Shown piece after piece: positions 1 through 13,281 of a DNA stretch of 64,000 bases. Location: contig OZ024741.1 of NCBI GenBank assembly GCA_964016885.1, positions 371,194,001-371,258,000 on the forward strand. Reading direction: 5' to 3'. Source of the stretch: Eledone cirrhosa (lineage: Eukaryota). Each line of letters opens with the position of its first letter. Position 1 is the first letter of the stretch. The notes beneath the pieces were generated by a model, which was not told the DNA's origin, searched no databases, and saw only the letters and a program-made list of their open reading frames with translations. Made by a program: the position numbers and the translations under genes.

Positions 1-355
1 CAAGACAAATGACATTCACTAGAAAGTGGAAGAGCAGAGCTATTTACAATCAACCCTTCCTTCAATCTTCCTTTTCAACATAACTCTATCATCCCTTGTC
101 ACTTTTTACTTTCAGTCCTTAATATCTATCTCTCTCCCTCTCTACTCCCCCCTCTCTCGTTATCTCTCTCTCTCGCATCTTTATCTTTCTACTCTATGTA
201 CTTTACCATTTCATCATTCTCTCTCTCCATTCTCTCTCTCTCTCTCACATTCTACTCCCATTCTCTATTCATCATTCAATCTTCCTCTATATCTAGTTAT
301 CATTCCACTATCTAACTATTGATCTACCTATCTATCTGTCTACCTATCTATCTAT

Positions 356-491
356 ATTTTTGTTATATTTTAGTTTATTTTTATATCTTGTTATTGCCTC
401 CTCCTTATTGAGGACGCCTTTTTATGTAAACTCCCCCCATTGTACTTGTCCCACTTTTTGATGCCCTGGTGGCAAATAAAAAGAAAGTTAT
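356..491 (+). mobile_element. 5'-truncated 3' end of an L1/Tx1-type LINE inserted in a (TCTA)n tract
   Basis: The 3' end (ATGTAAACTCCCCCCATTGTACTTGTCCC...GTGGCAAATAAAAAGAAA) is homologous to the 3' UTR of the zf-RVT element at 48552-49531. An identical 28-bp duplication CTATCTATCTGTCTACCTATCTATCTAT flanks it at 328-355 and 492-519. Confidence 0.7.
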
Positions 492-869
492 CTATCTATC
501 TGTCTACCTATCTATCTATCTATCTATTCCTCCTTCCCTCCATCCCTCATTATCATCAACCAGTCTGTTTACATAAACGGTTTCCACTGACCTACCACTA
601 GTTGCAGAAGCTTCTAATATATATAACCATAACTGCACTGTATGCTATTTGGAAATACCACCCTTATATTCCACCATTTCCTTCCTAGCACAACACCTCA
701 CCATAGACATACCACTCATTTAACAGTAGCTATGTACTCTATACTCTCCTTTACATTATCAAAACTTTTTGACTGAAAATTGTTCAAAGTGTAAACTTAT
801 ATATATATGAAGTGGGAAAAGGACTCTTAAAAGTTGGTTATGGGAAGTCAAAAATATATATATATATAT

Positions 870-1155
870 CATCATCATCATCATCATTTAACGTCCATCT
901 TCCACACTAGATTTGGACGGGAATTTTCCCATTTGAGGCAAGATTGGTTGTCTTGCTCGTATAGGACTGTCTGGCGGGTTTTCTATGGCTGGATGCCCTT
1001 CCTAACACCAACCACGTTTACAGTGTGGACTGGGAGGTTTTTACCGTGTTACCTACACGGCCACATTACAGCGTGGACTGTGTGTTTTTTGTCGTGACAC
1101 CTACACGACCTCATTTATTTAGGACTGGATGTTGTACCAACATAATTTTGAGATG
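870..1155 (-). mobile_element. RTE family A solo 3' UTR fragment
   Basis: (CAT)n tail plus sequence matching the 3' UTR of the LINE at 18294-21045. Confidence 0.8.
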
Positions 1156-2304
1156 GGGTTATGTTGGCCATCCACAGCCGAAATAATGAGGAGGTATATA
1201 TATATATATGTGTGTGTGTGTGTTTGTAAATATGTATATAATAGATATAATATACCAAAGTATCAGGCACTAAATGTGTGTGCATGAGTGTAATTGGGCA
1301 AAGGAGAATGGTAATCAAAGCCAGGAATATTTAAGTTAATGAAGCCTGTAAAATTTGATATGATAATAAGCTTGACCTTTTGCTTGTAGGTGTGTGAACT
1401 CTGTCAAAATTTGGTCAGCTAATTGACTGAAATGAAGTTTGTTATTTTCTACAATAGCAATTATGTATAAATAGTTTATACATCATAACAAAGATGTTGA
1501 ATGTAATGGCATAAATCATCACAAATGTCAATTAATAAGCCTGTGCAAGTTGAATCAACCATTGCTAGCTAATGTGTTTGCATGTTTCAAACTACTGACT
1601 GACTGAACAGTGGACCAAATCATGTCTATCTCTGTTATCAATGCTGTTGCTGCTTCTTCTTTTTCTTTTTCTTTTTCTTTTTCTTTTTCTTTTTCTTCTT
1701 CTTCTTTCTTCTTCTTTCTTCTTTTTCACTCACATATTCCCAGGAGGGTGTTGGAGGTAGACTCCTCAAGCGTACCTTCCAACAGGTCCTGTCAAAAGCA
1801 ACATATCTTTAATTGCTCTGTCTGGATCCTCCAAGTAAACCAGCTGAGCTCATGGATGTTATCCAACCATCTTGCTTGGAGTCTACCCCTGGATCTCCTG
1901 CCGGCTGCTTTTGGCTGTAAAATCTGTCCAGCAATTCTTTCCTGAGACATTCTAACCACATGTCTGTAGTATCAGAGATGTGATCTCTCAATTCTGCTGC
2001 TGCTGCTGCTCCTCCTCCTCCTCCTCCTTCTTTCATCATTATCATCATCATCACCTTGTCTTCCTTTCCATGCTTGCATGGGTTGTTCAGGTCTTTTCCA
2101 ACTCAGCATCTCTCCATTTGTTGCGTTCTTTCATCTCTTCTCTGCACTTCAGCAATTTGGGATCTCCCTTGCTCTCCCTCTGCTGTAGCTTCCTTCCATT
2201 GGGATATCTTGGCTCTCCTTCACCAACTATTATTATCCAAATATATGATATGTCTATACCAGTGCCATCTTCTCTCCTTCCCACTACACTATACTGTATA
2301 TTAA

Positions 2305-2489
2305 CCCATTAGCATTTACATTACTCTATATATACTATAGTATTTTCACGGCAAAGGCTTTATCTCACATAATATTGAACCAATGAGATTTTGATAGTAC
2401 TTATTTTAAGAACAATACCATAACGTATGAATGGTCGGTTACAGCTGAGAGAATTCTAGCCGGATATGGCTGGTTTAAATGCTAAAGGG
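2305..2489. mobile_element. piggyBac-like MITE
   Basis: TTAA on both sides (2301-2304, 2490-2493) and TIR CCCATTAGCATTTA / TAAATGCTAAAGGG. Homologous copies at 5140-5360 and 16612-16806. Confidence 0.8.
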
Positions 2490-3265
2490 TTAATATACAT
2501 GCATACACACACACACATACATATCACCCTGTAAGATGGTTGTGCTGGTGACACAACAAAAGGCACCCAGTCTACTCTGGAAGGGGGTCGTTGTGGTGCT
2601 ACAATAAAAAGCATCATGCTGGGGCCATGAAAAAGAGCTCCTAGTATATGGCATAGAAAACAAAACCGAAAGTCAAGCATATGAGCAAGACATGGTCACC
2701 TTACCTGACTTCTCTCATAATGTGACAACCCATCTAACCCATGCATGCAGGGAAAATAGACTTTAAAAAGTGATGATGATATAAATATATTTCTAATATC
2801 TCTTACATTTCATCCTTATCTGTTTTGACAACCTGTTTGCTATCACCTCTAACTGGACATACACACACATCTGCAAATGACATCAACCTTCACCTCATTT
2901 GTCATCTGTCATACACAAACCTCATTCACATGTGACATCCTCTGTAGAATTGCTTGACCTATTAGAAATAGAGGTCAGTATCACAGCTTGAGTACTGACC
3001 ACTCTGTGATAATATGTACAACCCTTGCTAACAGGGGGGGGGGGATAATTGAAGCTGCTACTTTTTTCCTAAAATAAGTCTCAAGAATCTACCATGCGTC
3101 CTGGGGGCCAAAGGTTGTTTATTAGTTTTTTTCAAATTTTTGGTTGTTAAAATGAAGGTACATCCTTGAGGATGAAGCATCTTTGGTGCCAGGAAATACA
3201 GTAACTTTGTTTTGTAGTTGATAGTTCTTCAACGATGTATTTTTTTTCCCCCCACTATTTTCTAG

Positions 3266-3432
3266 ACACTATTGGACTTCATCGGATGGAAAATAAGAGC
3301 CATAGTGACAAAGCTGTCACCTTACATCTGTACTCACCCCCATTCCGTAACTGTAAAACATTTGATGAAAGAACTGGACATGTGATTACTGCTCCAATGA
3401 CATTTTGGTCCAAATATGGAGAAAAAGTTGTG
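3266..3432 (+). CDS. CDO1: Cysteine dioxygenase type 1, penultimate coding exon
   Basis: Translates (D)TIGLHRMENKSHSDKAVTLHLYSPPFRNCKTFDERTGHVITAPMTFWSKYGEKVV, matching the CDO C-terminal half (GLHR with the Fe-ligand His; LHLYSPPF with the crosslink Tyr). Polypyrimidine/TTTTCTAG acceptor at 3265 (phase 1) and GTAAGA donor at 3433 (phase 0). Upstream exons were not found in the window. Confidence 0.95.
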
Positions 3433-4041
3433 GTAAGAGAGTGGTTTTGTTCTTCTTCTTGACACAGTAGTATGGTACCATAATAAACTCTGTCTAAACA
3501 GTGAGGTATGAGTACTGTTGAGTAAATAGTAATGTATGATATCTTGGACAGTGCCATTTTCAATGAGCTGCTGTAGAGGTAGGGTGTGGTGCAAATATCT
3601 TGAATATGCTGTAGTATAGTTAATACAAAGCATTGTGAAATATGTAATAAATGACTAATAAGTTTCATAAAGCTGGTACAATATGGTAGAAATATATAAA
3701 GAGAAAAGAATGACAAATAAAACAAAGTAATATTTTAGCCAGTATATTTTCACATGATATTTCAGGGCTATTACCCTCTTTTCAAATGTAAAAGGAAAAT
3801 TGTTCAAAACAAAAACAGACGAGCCGGATCTAGCTGTCGAAACGGCCGGAGCTCAGCCGTCGGGGTCCTGACTCTTTTCCTATATATATATAAACCAGAA
3901 ACAATACTAGGATCTCTCAGTTCCCATTGCAGCCTTTTGGCTCTTTTGCTCAAATGATTTTCTCATGTGTTAAGCAATGTATTCAACTCATGCTCACTTA
4001 AATTTACATTTTACCAATGTTCTTGTAGGTACAACTACAAC

Positions 4042-4184
4042 CAATGGCAGATTTACCATTGTACTTAGGTGTACAGAGGGGCCAATCTTCCTGCCAAAAA
4101 AATGTTTTACCTCCTTCAGGGCCCAAGTAAGAGGCCTCATAACTGAACTAGCACAGGGCCTCATTTGTCCTAAATCCAGCAGTG
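4042..4184. mobile_element. hAT-like MITE
   Basis: Degenerate TIR CAATGGCAGATTTA / TAAATCCAGCAGTG and an imperfect 8-bp flanking duplication (ACTACAAC/ACTACAGT). Homologous copy at 41693-41841. Confidence 0.55.
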
Positions 4185-5139
4185 ACTACAGTAGACATTT
4201 TTCTTGATAATGTAGTGCTTAGCATTACAGGTCTCATGACATCAATCATACTCATCAGGGTTTCTTTTTTTTTTTTTTGGAGGAATTGTTTTATGGCCAG
4301 ATGCCCTTCCTGCCAGCAACCTTTTCAGTTACATCTTTGAGTATGCAAGAATTTGGTGTACCTAGAGAAGCTCTGCCTTCCCATGTGCATGAGTTGAAGT
4401 ACACATCTACTTTGTACACACTGTAAAATGTGGTTGGTGTTAAGAAGGTCATCTAGCCATAAAAAGCAAGCCAGAAACAGTTCTGTAGGAGCAAGACACG
4501 GTCATCTGATCTGGCTTATCTCACAACGGGACAACTCATCTAACCCATGCTAGCATGGAAGAATGGATTTAAACGGTGATGATGATGATTATAAACTGAA
4601 TGCGGCAAATTGATAGTCATTAGATCATCAAATTAAAATTACCTCAATATTTATTCTGGCTCACTGCTCTCTGGGTTCAAATCCTGGCATAGTCAACATT
4701 ACCTTTCATCTTACGAGATCAATAAATAAAATACCAGTCCATTGTTTCTTCCTCTCTGGAAAAAATTGACCGTATCTCAACCTGGAAAGAAATGGACCAT
4801 TATTTGTTTGGCAGTATCGATAGAGGGCCGGATGCCATGCATGCACCAGTAATGTACTGCAATAATTACGGGCCTTGTGCCAAAAGTAGAAACAATTATT
4901 TGTTCAGCGGTGAATCAACAGTCAATAGAACGTAAAATAGAATGTTTTGTGGTATTCATTCTGGGTTGCTGCACTCAAATCCTACCAAAGTCAACTTAAC
5001 TTTTCATCTTTTCGTGGTCAATAAAAAAAATACATGTCCAATATTGGGATTGATTCTTTCTCTATATCTCCTTTTTACTTCCCCTCTCTTTCCTTCTCTG
5101 AAGAAAGCTGTGTTCAGATTTGGAGAGGGGATGATTTAA

Positions 5140-5360
5140 CCCTTTAGCATTTAAACTGGCCATATCTGGCCAGAATTCTCTCACTTCTTTCTGTTCAAAC
5201 CGACAGTAACTGGCTGCTCATACTGACGTTAAGTTATTGTTCTCAAAATGAATAACATCAAAATCTTGTAGATTCAATATTATGTGATATAATTATGTAA
5301 AATAAAGCCTTTACCATGAAAATACAATAGTAAATATAGATTAATGTAAATGTTAAAGGA
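5140..5360. mobile_element. piggyBac-like MITE (opposite orientation to 2305-2489)
   Basis: TTAA flanks at 5136-5139 and 5361-5364; CCCTTTAGCATTTA terminus. Confidence 0.75.
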
Positions 5361-6403
5361 TTAATGTGCCTAAGAAATGCCATATTTCATGGCAGTGCCC
5401 CTATAACTCCGTCAGGAATTACAGGTCCATACATACATTATAAAATTGAGATCACATACAATATTTTGTTAAGTTTTATGTAGTTTGTTGCCCTATTAGA
5501 TACAACTAGCTACATAAAACATGTTATTTACCAACCTTGTAAATAGAGGTTAGTAAAATTCCATCTTATTAACCTCACCAGCACCACCACAATCACTACA
5601 ACCACTACAACAACAACCACCACCACCACATAAATACAACATATAATCAAAATATAATGTTCATAGAATGTTAAGCAAACTCAAGCCGACCTTACTCAAT
5701 TGTACCTCTCAGAGGAGATGTCACATGACCGGGATCTCTGGCAATATGCAGTAATACAGAAAATCCGACTTCCCACAGCACAAGCTGAAGCATATGTACA
5801 GTATGCCCCAGCCCACACTGTAAAGTGGACGTGTAAAAGACATGGCAAAAAGAACCCAGCCCACACTGTAAATGTGGTTGGCATTAGGAAGGGCATCCAG
5901 CTGTAGAAAACCAGCCAGAAACATCCCTATATGAGCAAGACACAGTCACCTGACACAACTTGCCTCAAAATAGGGCCCATCTAACCCATACTAGCATGGA
6001 AGATGGACAGTAATCGATGATGATAATGATTTTCACTGAGGATAGCTATAAAGATTTCTAATTTAGGCACAAAACCAAGTTGTGGAGAAGGGAAAGTCAG
6101 TTTATCGACCCCCAGTATTTGACTGGTGTTTTACTTTATTGACCCGCCAAAAAAGATAAAAGGCAAAGTTGACCATGGTGAGATTTGAACTCAGAATATA
6201 TAGAGCCAAAACAAATCCCATAAAGCATTTGTCTAATGCCATTAACAGTTCTGCCAACCCACTGCTCTCTCCAGATGGCTATAATAAAACCAAAATGTGC
6301 TGAAAGTTATCACACATACTTGCCAAAAAAGATTATAATAATGTTTGTGTTAACATAATTATTTCAAGTTGGCTTTTTTAATGCTCCCTTCTTTCAATAT
6401 GTT

Positions 6404-7673
6404 CATCATCATCATCATCATCATCAACGTTTAACGTCCGTGTTCCACGCTTGCATGGGTTTGGACGGGGGTATTCCCACTTGAGGCAAGAGTGATTGTC
6501 TTGCTCGCATAGGACAGTCTGGCAGGTTTTCTACAGTTGGATGCCCTTCCTAACACCAACCACATTTACAGTGTGGGTCTGGGAGGTTTTTACCGTGTTG
6601 CCTACACGGCCACATTACAGCGTGGACTGTGTTTTTTTGTCGTGACACCTACACGATCTCATTTGTTTCGGCCTGGATGTTGTGGCACCAACATAACTTT
6701 GAAAGGGGCGGTGTGGATGGGGTGGGGGTGGTGGGACGGGGGTGTGTTTTGATAGAGATGCCTACTGACTGTAGTAGGTTTTTACTTTGTATTTAGGTAA
6801 GGCGGGTCTTCTCTATTACTGAGTACCGCCAAAGGTCTCGGTCCAGTGACATTGTCTTGGAGAGGTGTAAGCGTGTGAGGTCGGAATTTATCATGTCGTC
6901 CCAGGTTTTTCTGGGTCTGCCTACTCCGTGGCTACCGTCTATCTTTATTGCCCTGCACTTTGTTATACAGCTGTCGTCTTTCATGCGCATCACGTGACCG
7001 TACCAACGTAGCCTTCTCTCGAGTAAACAACATCTGATCCCTTTTATTTCTAATTTTTTCCTTAGTTCGTTTATGCTTAGCCGTTCACGTATATTACTAT
7101 TGCACATCCAGCGGAGCATGCAAGCTTCGTTCCTCTCTAGTCTGCGTATATCCTCTGCACACAATGCCCTGGTCTCACTGCCATGCAACATTGCTGTTCA
7201 TATGCAGGCATCATACAACCTGCCTTTCATTTTTAGGGAGAACCCTTTAGCAGCTAATAGTGGTATAAGCTCTCTGAACTTTTTCCAACCAGTTCTGACT
7301 CTAGCTACTGTACTTTCAGAGCACCCTCCCCCACTGCTGATTTTATCGCCCAGGTAACGGAAGCTGTCCACTATTCCTATAGAACCCTCTGCGCAATTGA
7401 AAGAGCTAGTATTTTGTGGGCACTTGCTGCTACTTATTGCACCAGAGCACTGGCCACATGTAAAATCTATGTTCTTAGTTAGCTTACCTGTGATCCCACT
7501 ACATCTTTTATGCACCCATACTTTGCATTTGGGACATAAAATGGAGTTTCTACCTACGCCTTTCCTACACACTGAGCATGGCCATTTCCCAGAAGGGACC
7601 GCCGCCTTATTTTCTTTCCTACAAACTAGAACTTTAGTCTTAGCCAGGTTAATTTTAAGTCCTTTTGATTCTA
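6404..7673 (-). mobile_element. RTE-clade LINE family A, 5'-truncated young copy
   Basis: Near-identical reverse complement of ~19660-21040. Encodes the RT C-terminus (MLHGSET...LRWYGHVMRM...GRPRKTW) with one premature stop, and ends in a (GAT)n tail. Confidence 0.95.
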
Positions 7674-8185
7674 TAACTTTGTTTTTTAGTTGGATAATGC
7701 CTAACTCTTTAAATCTTTATTTTCTATGTTGAAATAATTAACTACCAAACAATTGTTTTTGTCTCTTATTTACTCTCTCTCTCTTTCTCTCTCCTTTTCT
7801 CTCTCTTTTTACTCCCTACATTTCTCACACACTCTCTCTCTACCTTTATCCAATATATTCACTTCTATTACTGTGCTAAATAATTCTCTTATTGTAAAAA
7901 TGTAACTCTGTTGTTATAAAACACCTTTTTCATATATTATATTTCTGTCCATTTAAGAATAAAGAATATTCTGACAATACTGTTAATTATAACTGGTGAT
8001 CTGTTGACAAAATCATGTGAAATTTTATTATACACATCTGTATATGTTCAGTCTATTACACAAATAAAAAAGTTCAACTCTGTAGAAGGGTAAAACCATT
8101 ATTCAACAGAAAATAATCATAGCACCATTGCTTCTGTCCAGTTTCCTTACTTTATATCCTTAGCCGCAGTTTTAGTCTGTATACT

Positions 8186-8446
8186 CTCTTTTGCTCTGAT
8201 CGATCGACAAGATCCCAGGCCTCATTCGCTTGCTGAGTGGGATAGACCTGTTAAATCGAACCAAGGAAACTATGTTTCAATTGGTCTTTCCATTGCTGAT
8301 ACTATCTATTGGTTGCAACTACTGGCAGGAAGAGCAACATGAAATAAAGTGTCTTGCTCAAGGACACAAGGCATGACCTGGTCCAAAAATTGAACTTGCA
8401 ACCCCACGATTGCTAATCTAACTCTCTAACCACTAAACCACGTGCC
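8186..8446 (-). mobile_element. tRNA-derived SINE with 13-bp TSD
   Basis: TSD TAGTCTGTATACT at 8173-8185 and 8447-8459. tRNA-like head (GGTTTAGTGGTTAGAG...GTTCAA) and CORE-like TGTGTCCTTGAGCAAGACACTT. An inverted sister copy lies at ~8920-9145. Confidence 0.8.
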
Positions 8447-9304
8447 TAGTCTGTATACTACCAAATGACAAAACTCCCGTTGATCCAGTTAATGAGTGGG
8501 AACTCTACATATTCCCTTAACCAGTTCAGGGGAAGCAAGAATAATCAAAATGTTTACTGTAATAAACATTTTACTCAGCCTTTCTTACCCAGAAAACTTT
8601 TTTAAATGTTATCTGAAACATTGCATCTACATTTTTATGTTTCTCTCACAAAACACTACATTTTTACATCTGTTTTTCCTTGCTTGCATGGGTTGGTTGG
8701 CTCTTTTCCATCATATCATATTACCACTTGTTGAGTTCCTTTTTCATCTCTTTTGTGAGATGCAGCATCCTGAGATCAACTTTCATCACACCTGCCCATA
8801 TCTTCTTTAGCCTTCCCTTTCTATGGCTTCCATTCACTTAGAACTCCTGGCACATTTTTACCAAACTGTCATAATACTAAGGATAATTTAAACCAGACAT
8901 TACAACAACATAACAGCAAGCATGTTTGGGCAATTTTCCATTCTTGGACCAGGTGATGCGTTGTGTTCTTGAACAAAACACTATATTTGACATTGCTCCT
9001 TCTGCCAGGAGTTGTGACTGGTAGATAGTATCAGCAATAGAAAAACCAATAGAAACATTGTTTCCTTCGTCCGATTTGACGAGATCCACCCCACTTGGCA
9101 AGCGAATGAGGTCTGGGATCTTGTCGATCGATCGGAATGAGAGCAAGTCTTGCAGGCCACATGACAATCTTCTCCATTTTGCCCTATTGTCTGCATTCAT
9201 CCTCATTAACCACCTGGCTTTCATTTCTTCCTCCATCATCTTTAGCCATGTATTTATTTTTTCTTATTTTTCTCCTTCCTCTACTTACTTTCACATTTAT
9301 TTCC

Positions 9305-10379
9305 ATTACTGTCACCCAGTCATTTTCATCCTTCCTCAACACATCATCCAGCCATCATGTTCTATTTCTCTTCACAACATTCATCACTGGCTCTATTCCT
9401 CTCACCCAGTCACTTTCATCCTTCCTCAACACATCATCCAGCCATCATGTTCTATTTCTCTTCACAACATTCATCACTGGCTCTATTCCTCTCACTCAGT
9501 CACTTTCATCCTTCCTCAACACATCATCCAGCCATCATGTTCTATTTCTCTTCACAACATTCATCACTGGCTCTATTCCTCTCACCCAGTCACTTTCATC
9601 CTTCCTCAACACATCATCCAGCCATCATGTTCTATTTCTCTTCACAACATTCATCACTGGCTCTATTCCTCTCACTCAGTCATTTTCATCCTTCCTCAAC
9701 ACATCATCCAGCCATCATGTTCTATTTCTCTTCACAACATTCATCACTGGCTCTATTCCTCTCACCCAGTCACTTTCATCCTTCCTCAACACATCATCCA
9801 GCCATCGTGTTCTATTTCTCTTCACAACATTCATCACTGGCTCTATTCCTCTCACCCAGTCACTTTCATCCTTCCTCAACACATCATCCAGCCATCGTGT
9901 TCTATTTCTCTTCACAACATTCATCACTGGCTCTATTCCTCTCACTCAGTCATTTTCATCCTTCCTCAACACATCATCCAGCCATCGTGTTCTATTTCTC
10001 TTCACAACATTCATCACTGGCTCTATTCCTCTCACTCAGTCATTTTCATCCTTCCTCAACACATCATCCAGCCATCATGTTCTATTTCTCTTCACAACAT
10101 TCATCACTGGCTCTATTCCTCTCACCCAGTCACTTTCATCCTTCCTCAACACATCATCCAGCCATCGTGTTCTATTTCTCTTCACAACATTCATCACTGG
10201 CTCTATTCCTCTCACCCAGTCACTTTCATCCTTCCTCAACACATCATCCAGCCATCGTGTTCTATTTCTCTTCACAACATTCATCACTGGCTCTATTCCT
10301 CTCACCCAGTCACTTTCATCCTTCCTCAACACATCATCCAGCCATCACATTCCATTTCACTTCACAGTATTCATCACTG
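9305..10379. repeat. 90-bp tandem array (~12 copies) derived from LINE RT C-terminal coding sequence
   Basis: Exact 90-bp periodicity. The minus strand reads GIEPVMNVVKRNRTRWLDDVLRKDESDWVR and continues out of the array into a LINE-like C-terminus (MEEEMKARWLMRMNADNRAKWRRL, ~9150-9240). Confidence 0.9.
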
Positions 10380-11195
10380 ACTCTGTAATTAATTAACAAC
10401 ACTAATCTCAGGTAATTACTGCTATCACTCAAATGTTATGGCATACTAAGGTCAGGGGGTTGGGTAAGGACACAGAATCTCCAGTTCAAATTCACAGAGA
10501 ACACAACTTTCTATTATGTCCTTGTGGGTCAGTGCTATCGATAATGATGGCACCAACATTGAACATATTTAATTTTTGCCAGATATATGAACAATCATAC
10601 AGATTTACGTTTTGATACATTTATAGTTTGCATAAGAGAAACCTTATAGTTTATGTTGGTTACTGACATGTAGAAGTGATTAAAGAAGAATATTCTTTTA
10701 TTTATTTCTAGGATATAATTACCATATATATTCAAATATAAGCCAAGGAATATGTGGCCAAAAAAATCAATGGTGAAATGGACAGGGTTGGGGGTGGGGC
10801 TTCTATTCACCATCTTAACTCAATGTATTGATTAGCTGACCCGGGTTATAAATGGAGTTTGGATTTTTGCCCATTTCTCAAACTTAAAATAGGAGTCGGC
10901 GTATATACAGTACATAAATGTTCAGTATATGACATAGAAAATTAAATGCGTGAATAATATTGGAAAAATAAATATTTACTGAGACAAATGTAGGGTTAGA
11001 ACCCTGGTTATTGTGATTGAAAAATGAATTTATTATTGTAGCAAATTGACTAAGATATGAAATACATTGTGTATGTTTTTGTATGGTTGTAAGTGTATTA
11101 ATTTTAAAGGTATACAGATATGTATATACATATATATACACATACATACACACACATATATATATATATACACACACACACATATATATATATAT

Positions 11196-11670
11196 ATAAA
11201 ATAGATGGAAGCTACTGAGTAGGCAGACCCAGAAAAACCTGGGACGATTTCATAAATTCCGACCTTACACACTTACACCTCTCCAAGACAATGTCACTGG
11301 ACCGAGATCTTTGGCGCTACACAGTAATACAGAAGACCCGCTTTGCCTAAGTACAAAGCGAAACCTACAGTCAGTAGGCACCTCCTAACCAAAAATACAC
11401 CCCCATCTCACTACCCCTACCTCCACCCCCATCTACACCACCCCTTTCTCTGTAAAGTTATGTTGGTACAACATCCAATCCTAAATAAATGAGGTCGTAT
11501 AGGTGTCACAACGAAAAAACACACAGTCCATGCTGTAATGTGGCCGTGTAGGTAACACGGTAAAAACCTCCCAGTCCTATACGAGCAAGACAACCAATCT
11601 TGCCTCACATGGGACAATTCCCATCTAAACCCATGCTAGCGTGGAAGATAGACTTTAAACGATGATGATG

Positions 11671-11672
<2 letters not shown>
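11196..11672 (+). mobile_element. RTE family A 3' end
   Basis: Matches ~20385-21045 (GRPRKTW region, 3' UTR, (GAT)n tail). Confidence 0.9.
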
Positions 11673-11701
<29 letters not shown>

Positions 11702-11824
11702 TATACATATATAAATACATACATACATACATACCACTGATGACGGATATTCCTGGCTTATATTTCTAATTCTTCATTTATTATATATATATATATATGT
11801 ATATATAAATATATACATACATAT

Positions 11825-13281
11825 CATCATCATTTTACGTCTGCTTTTCCCTGCTTGCAAGGGTGGGACGGGTCTTATTCAGCACAGCATCTCTCCACTT
11901 GTCACGGTCCTTCGTCATCTCCACCGTGAGCTTCAGCAATCTGAGATCTGTTCTCACCACCTCTGCCCATGTTTTTCTTGGTCTACCTCTACCACGTCTT
12001 CCTTCAACTGGCACTTCTTCACCCATCGGTCATCCTCCATGCGCATCACATATCCATACCACCTCAGTCTTCTCTCTCGCACACTACATTCTATCCCTCT
12101 CAGACAGTTTCTCCTCAACACATTTATGCTGGGTCGTTCACGCACATTGACATTGCACATCCAACGGAGCATGCTTGCCTCATTTCTCTCCAGCCGTCGC
12201 ATATCCTCTGCAGTTGCTGCCCATGTCTCACTACCATGCAGCATCGCGCTCCTCACACAGGCATCATATAACCGGCCTTTCGTACGCAGGGAGAAACCCT
12301 TCTTCGTCAGCAGAGGAAGCAGCTCCCTAAACTTCTTCCAACCCTTCCTTATTCTAGATACTATGGCCTAGGAACACCCCCCTGCCATGCTAATCTGATC
12401 TCCTAGGTACCAGAAGCTATCCACCACTTCTATAGCACCCGCCTGCATTTGAAAAATGTGTCTATCAATGTGACTTCTACTGTCTAATTTCCCTGTACAT
12501 CTACTGCATATGTATTTCTCCCTACCTGTTAGTTTTCCTGCTATCCCACTACATCTCTTGTGTACCCAGGATCTGCATTGTGTGCATTTTATAGAATTTA
12601 TGCCAGTTACTTTTCTGCATATCGAACATGGCCATTTCCTTGACGGAATGAGAGTGTTGTCCTCTTTTCTACTCATCAACACTTTTGTCTTAGCTAGGTT
12701 CACTCTCAATCCTCTTGCTTCCAACTGCTGTTTCCATAACCAGAATTTATTCTCTAGCTCCTCTACTGATTCTGCTATAAGAACCAGATCGTCAGCATAG
12801 AGAAGTTCCCATGGACAGCCAGTCTTAAACTCCTCTGCTATGGCTTGGAGGACTATAATGAACAAGAGCGGGCTGAGGACCAAACCTTGATGTACTCCTA
12901 CTTGTATCTGGAATTCCTCACTAAACTCCATTCCTACCCTGACTTTACTGACAGTACCTCTGTACAAAGTTTACACTGTCCTCACAAGCCATTCCTCAAC
13001 ACCTAGTTTCCTTAGGGACCACCAGATGACAGATCGGGGTACCCTATCAAAGGCCTTCTCTAGGTCAACAAAGGCTAAGTATAGTGGCTTATTTTTCTCT
13101 AAGAACCCCTCTTGTAATTGTCTCACCAAGAAGAGGGCATCTGTTGTACTCTTCTTAGGCACAAAACCAAACTGCATCTCATCAAGTTTGACCCTTTCTC
13201 TAATTAGTTATGCTAATATCCTTTCTGCCACTTTCATAACCTGATCCATCAGTTTTATACCCCTATAATTGCTCCTCTCCA
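11825..13281 (-). mobile_element. RTE-clade LINE family B, 5'-truncated and decayed
   Basis: RT motifs FVDLEKAFDRV, GVHQG and ELLYADDL, then a C4HC3-like finger and GRPRKTW. Contains several stops and ends in a (GAT)n tail. Confidence 0.93.

Noticed and set aside
3815-3865. Hammerhead-like CAGACGA...GAAACGGC...GCCGTC next to a short (TA)n
   Set aside because: The core is mutated and stem I cannot form. It is a probable decayed relic, so it was not counted.
9058-10396. Long 343-440 aa ORFs on the plus strand
   Set aside because: They are a by-product of a stop-free 90-bp tandem unit that is antisense LINE sequence. No gene evidence was seen.
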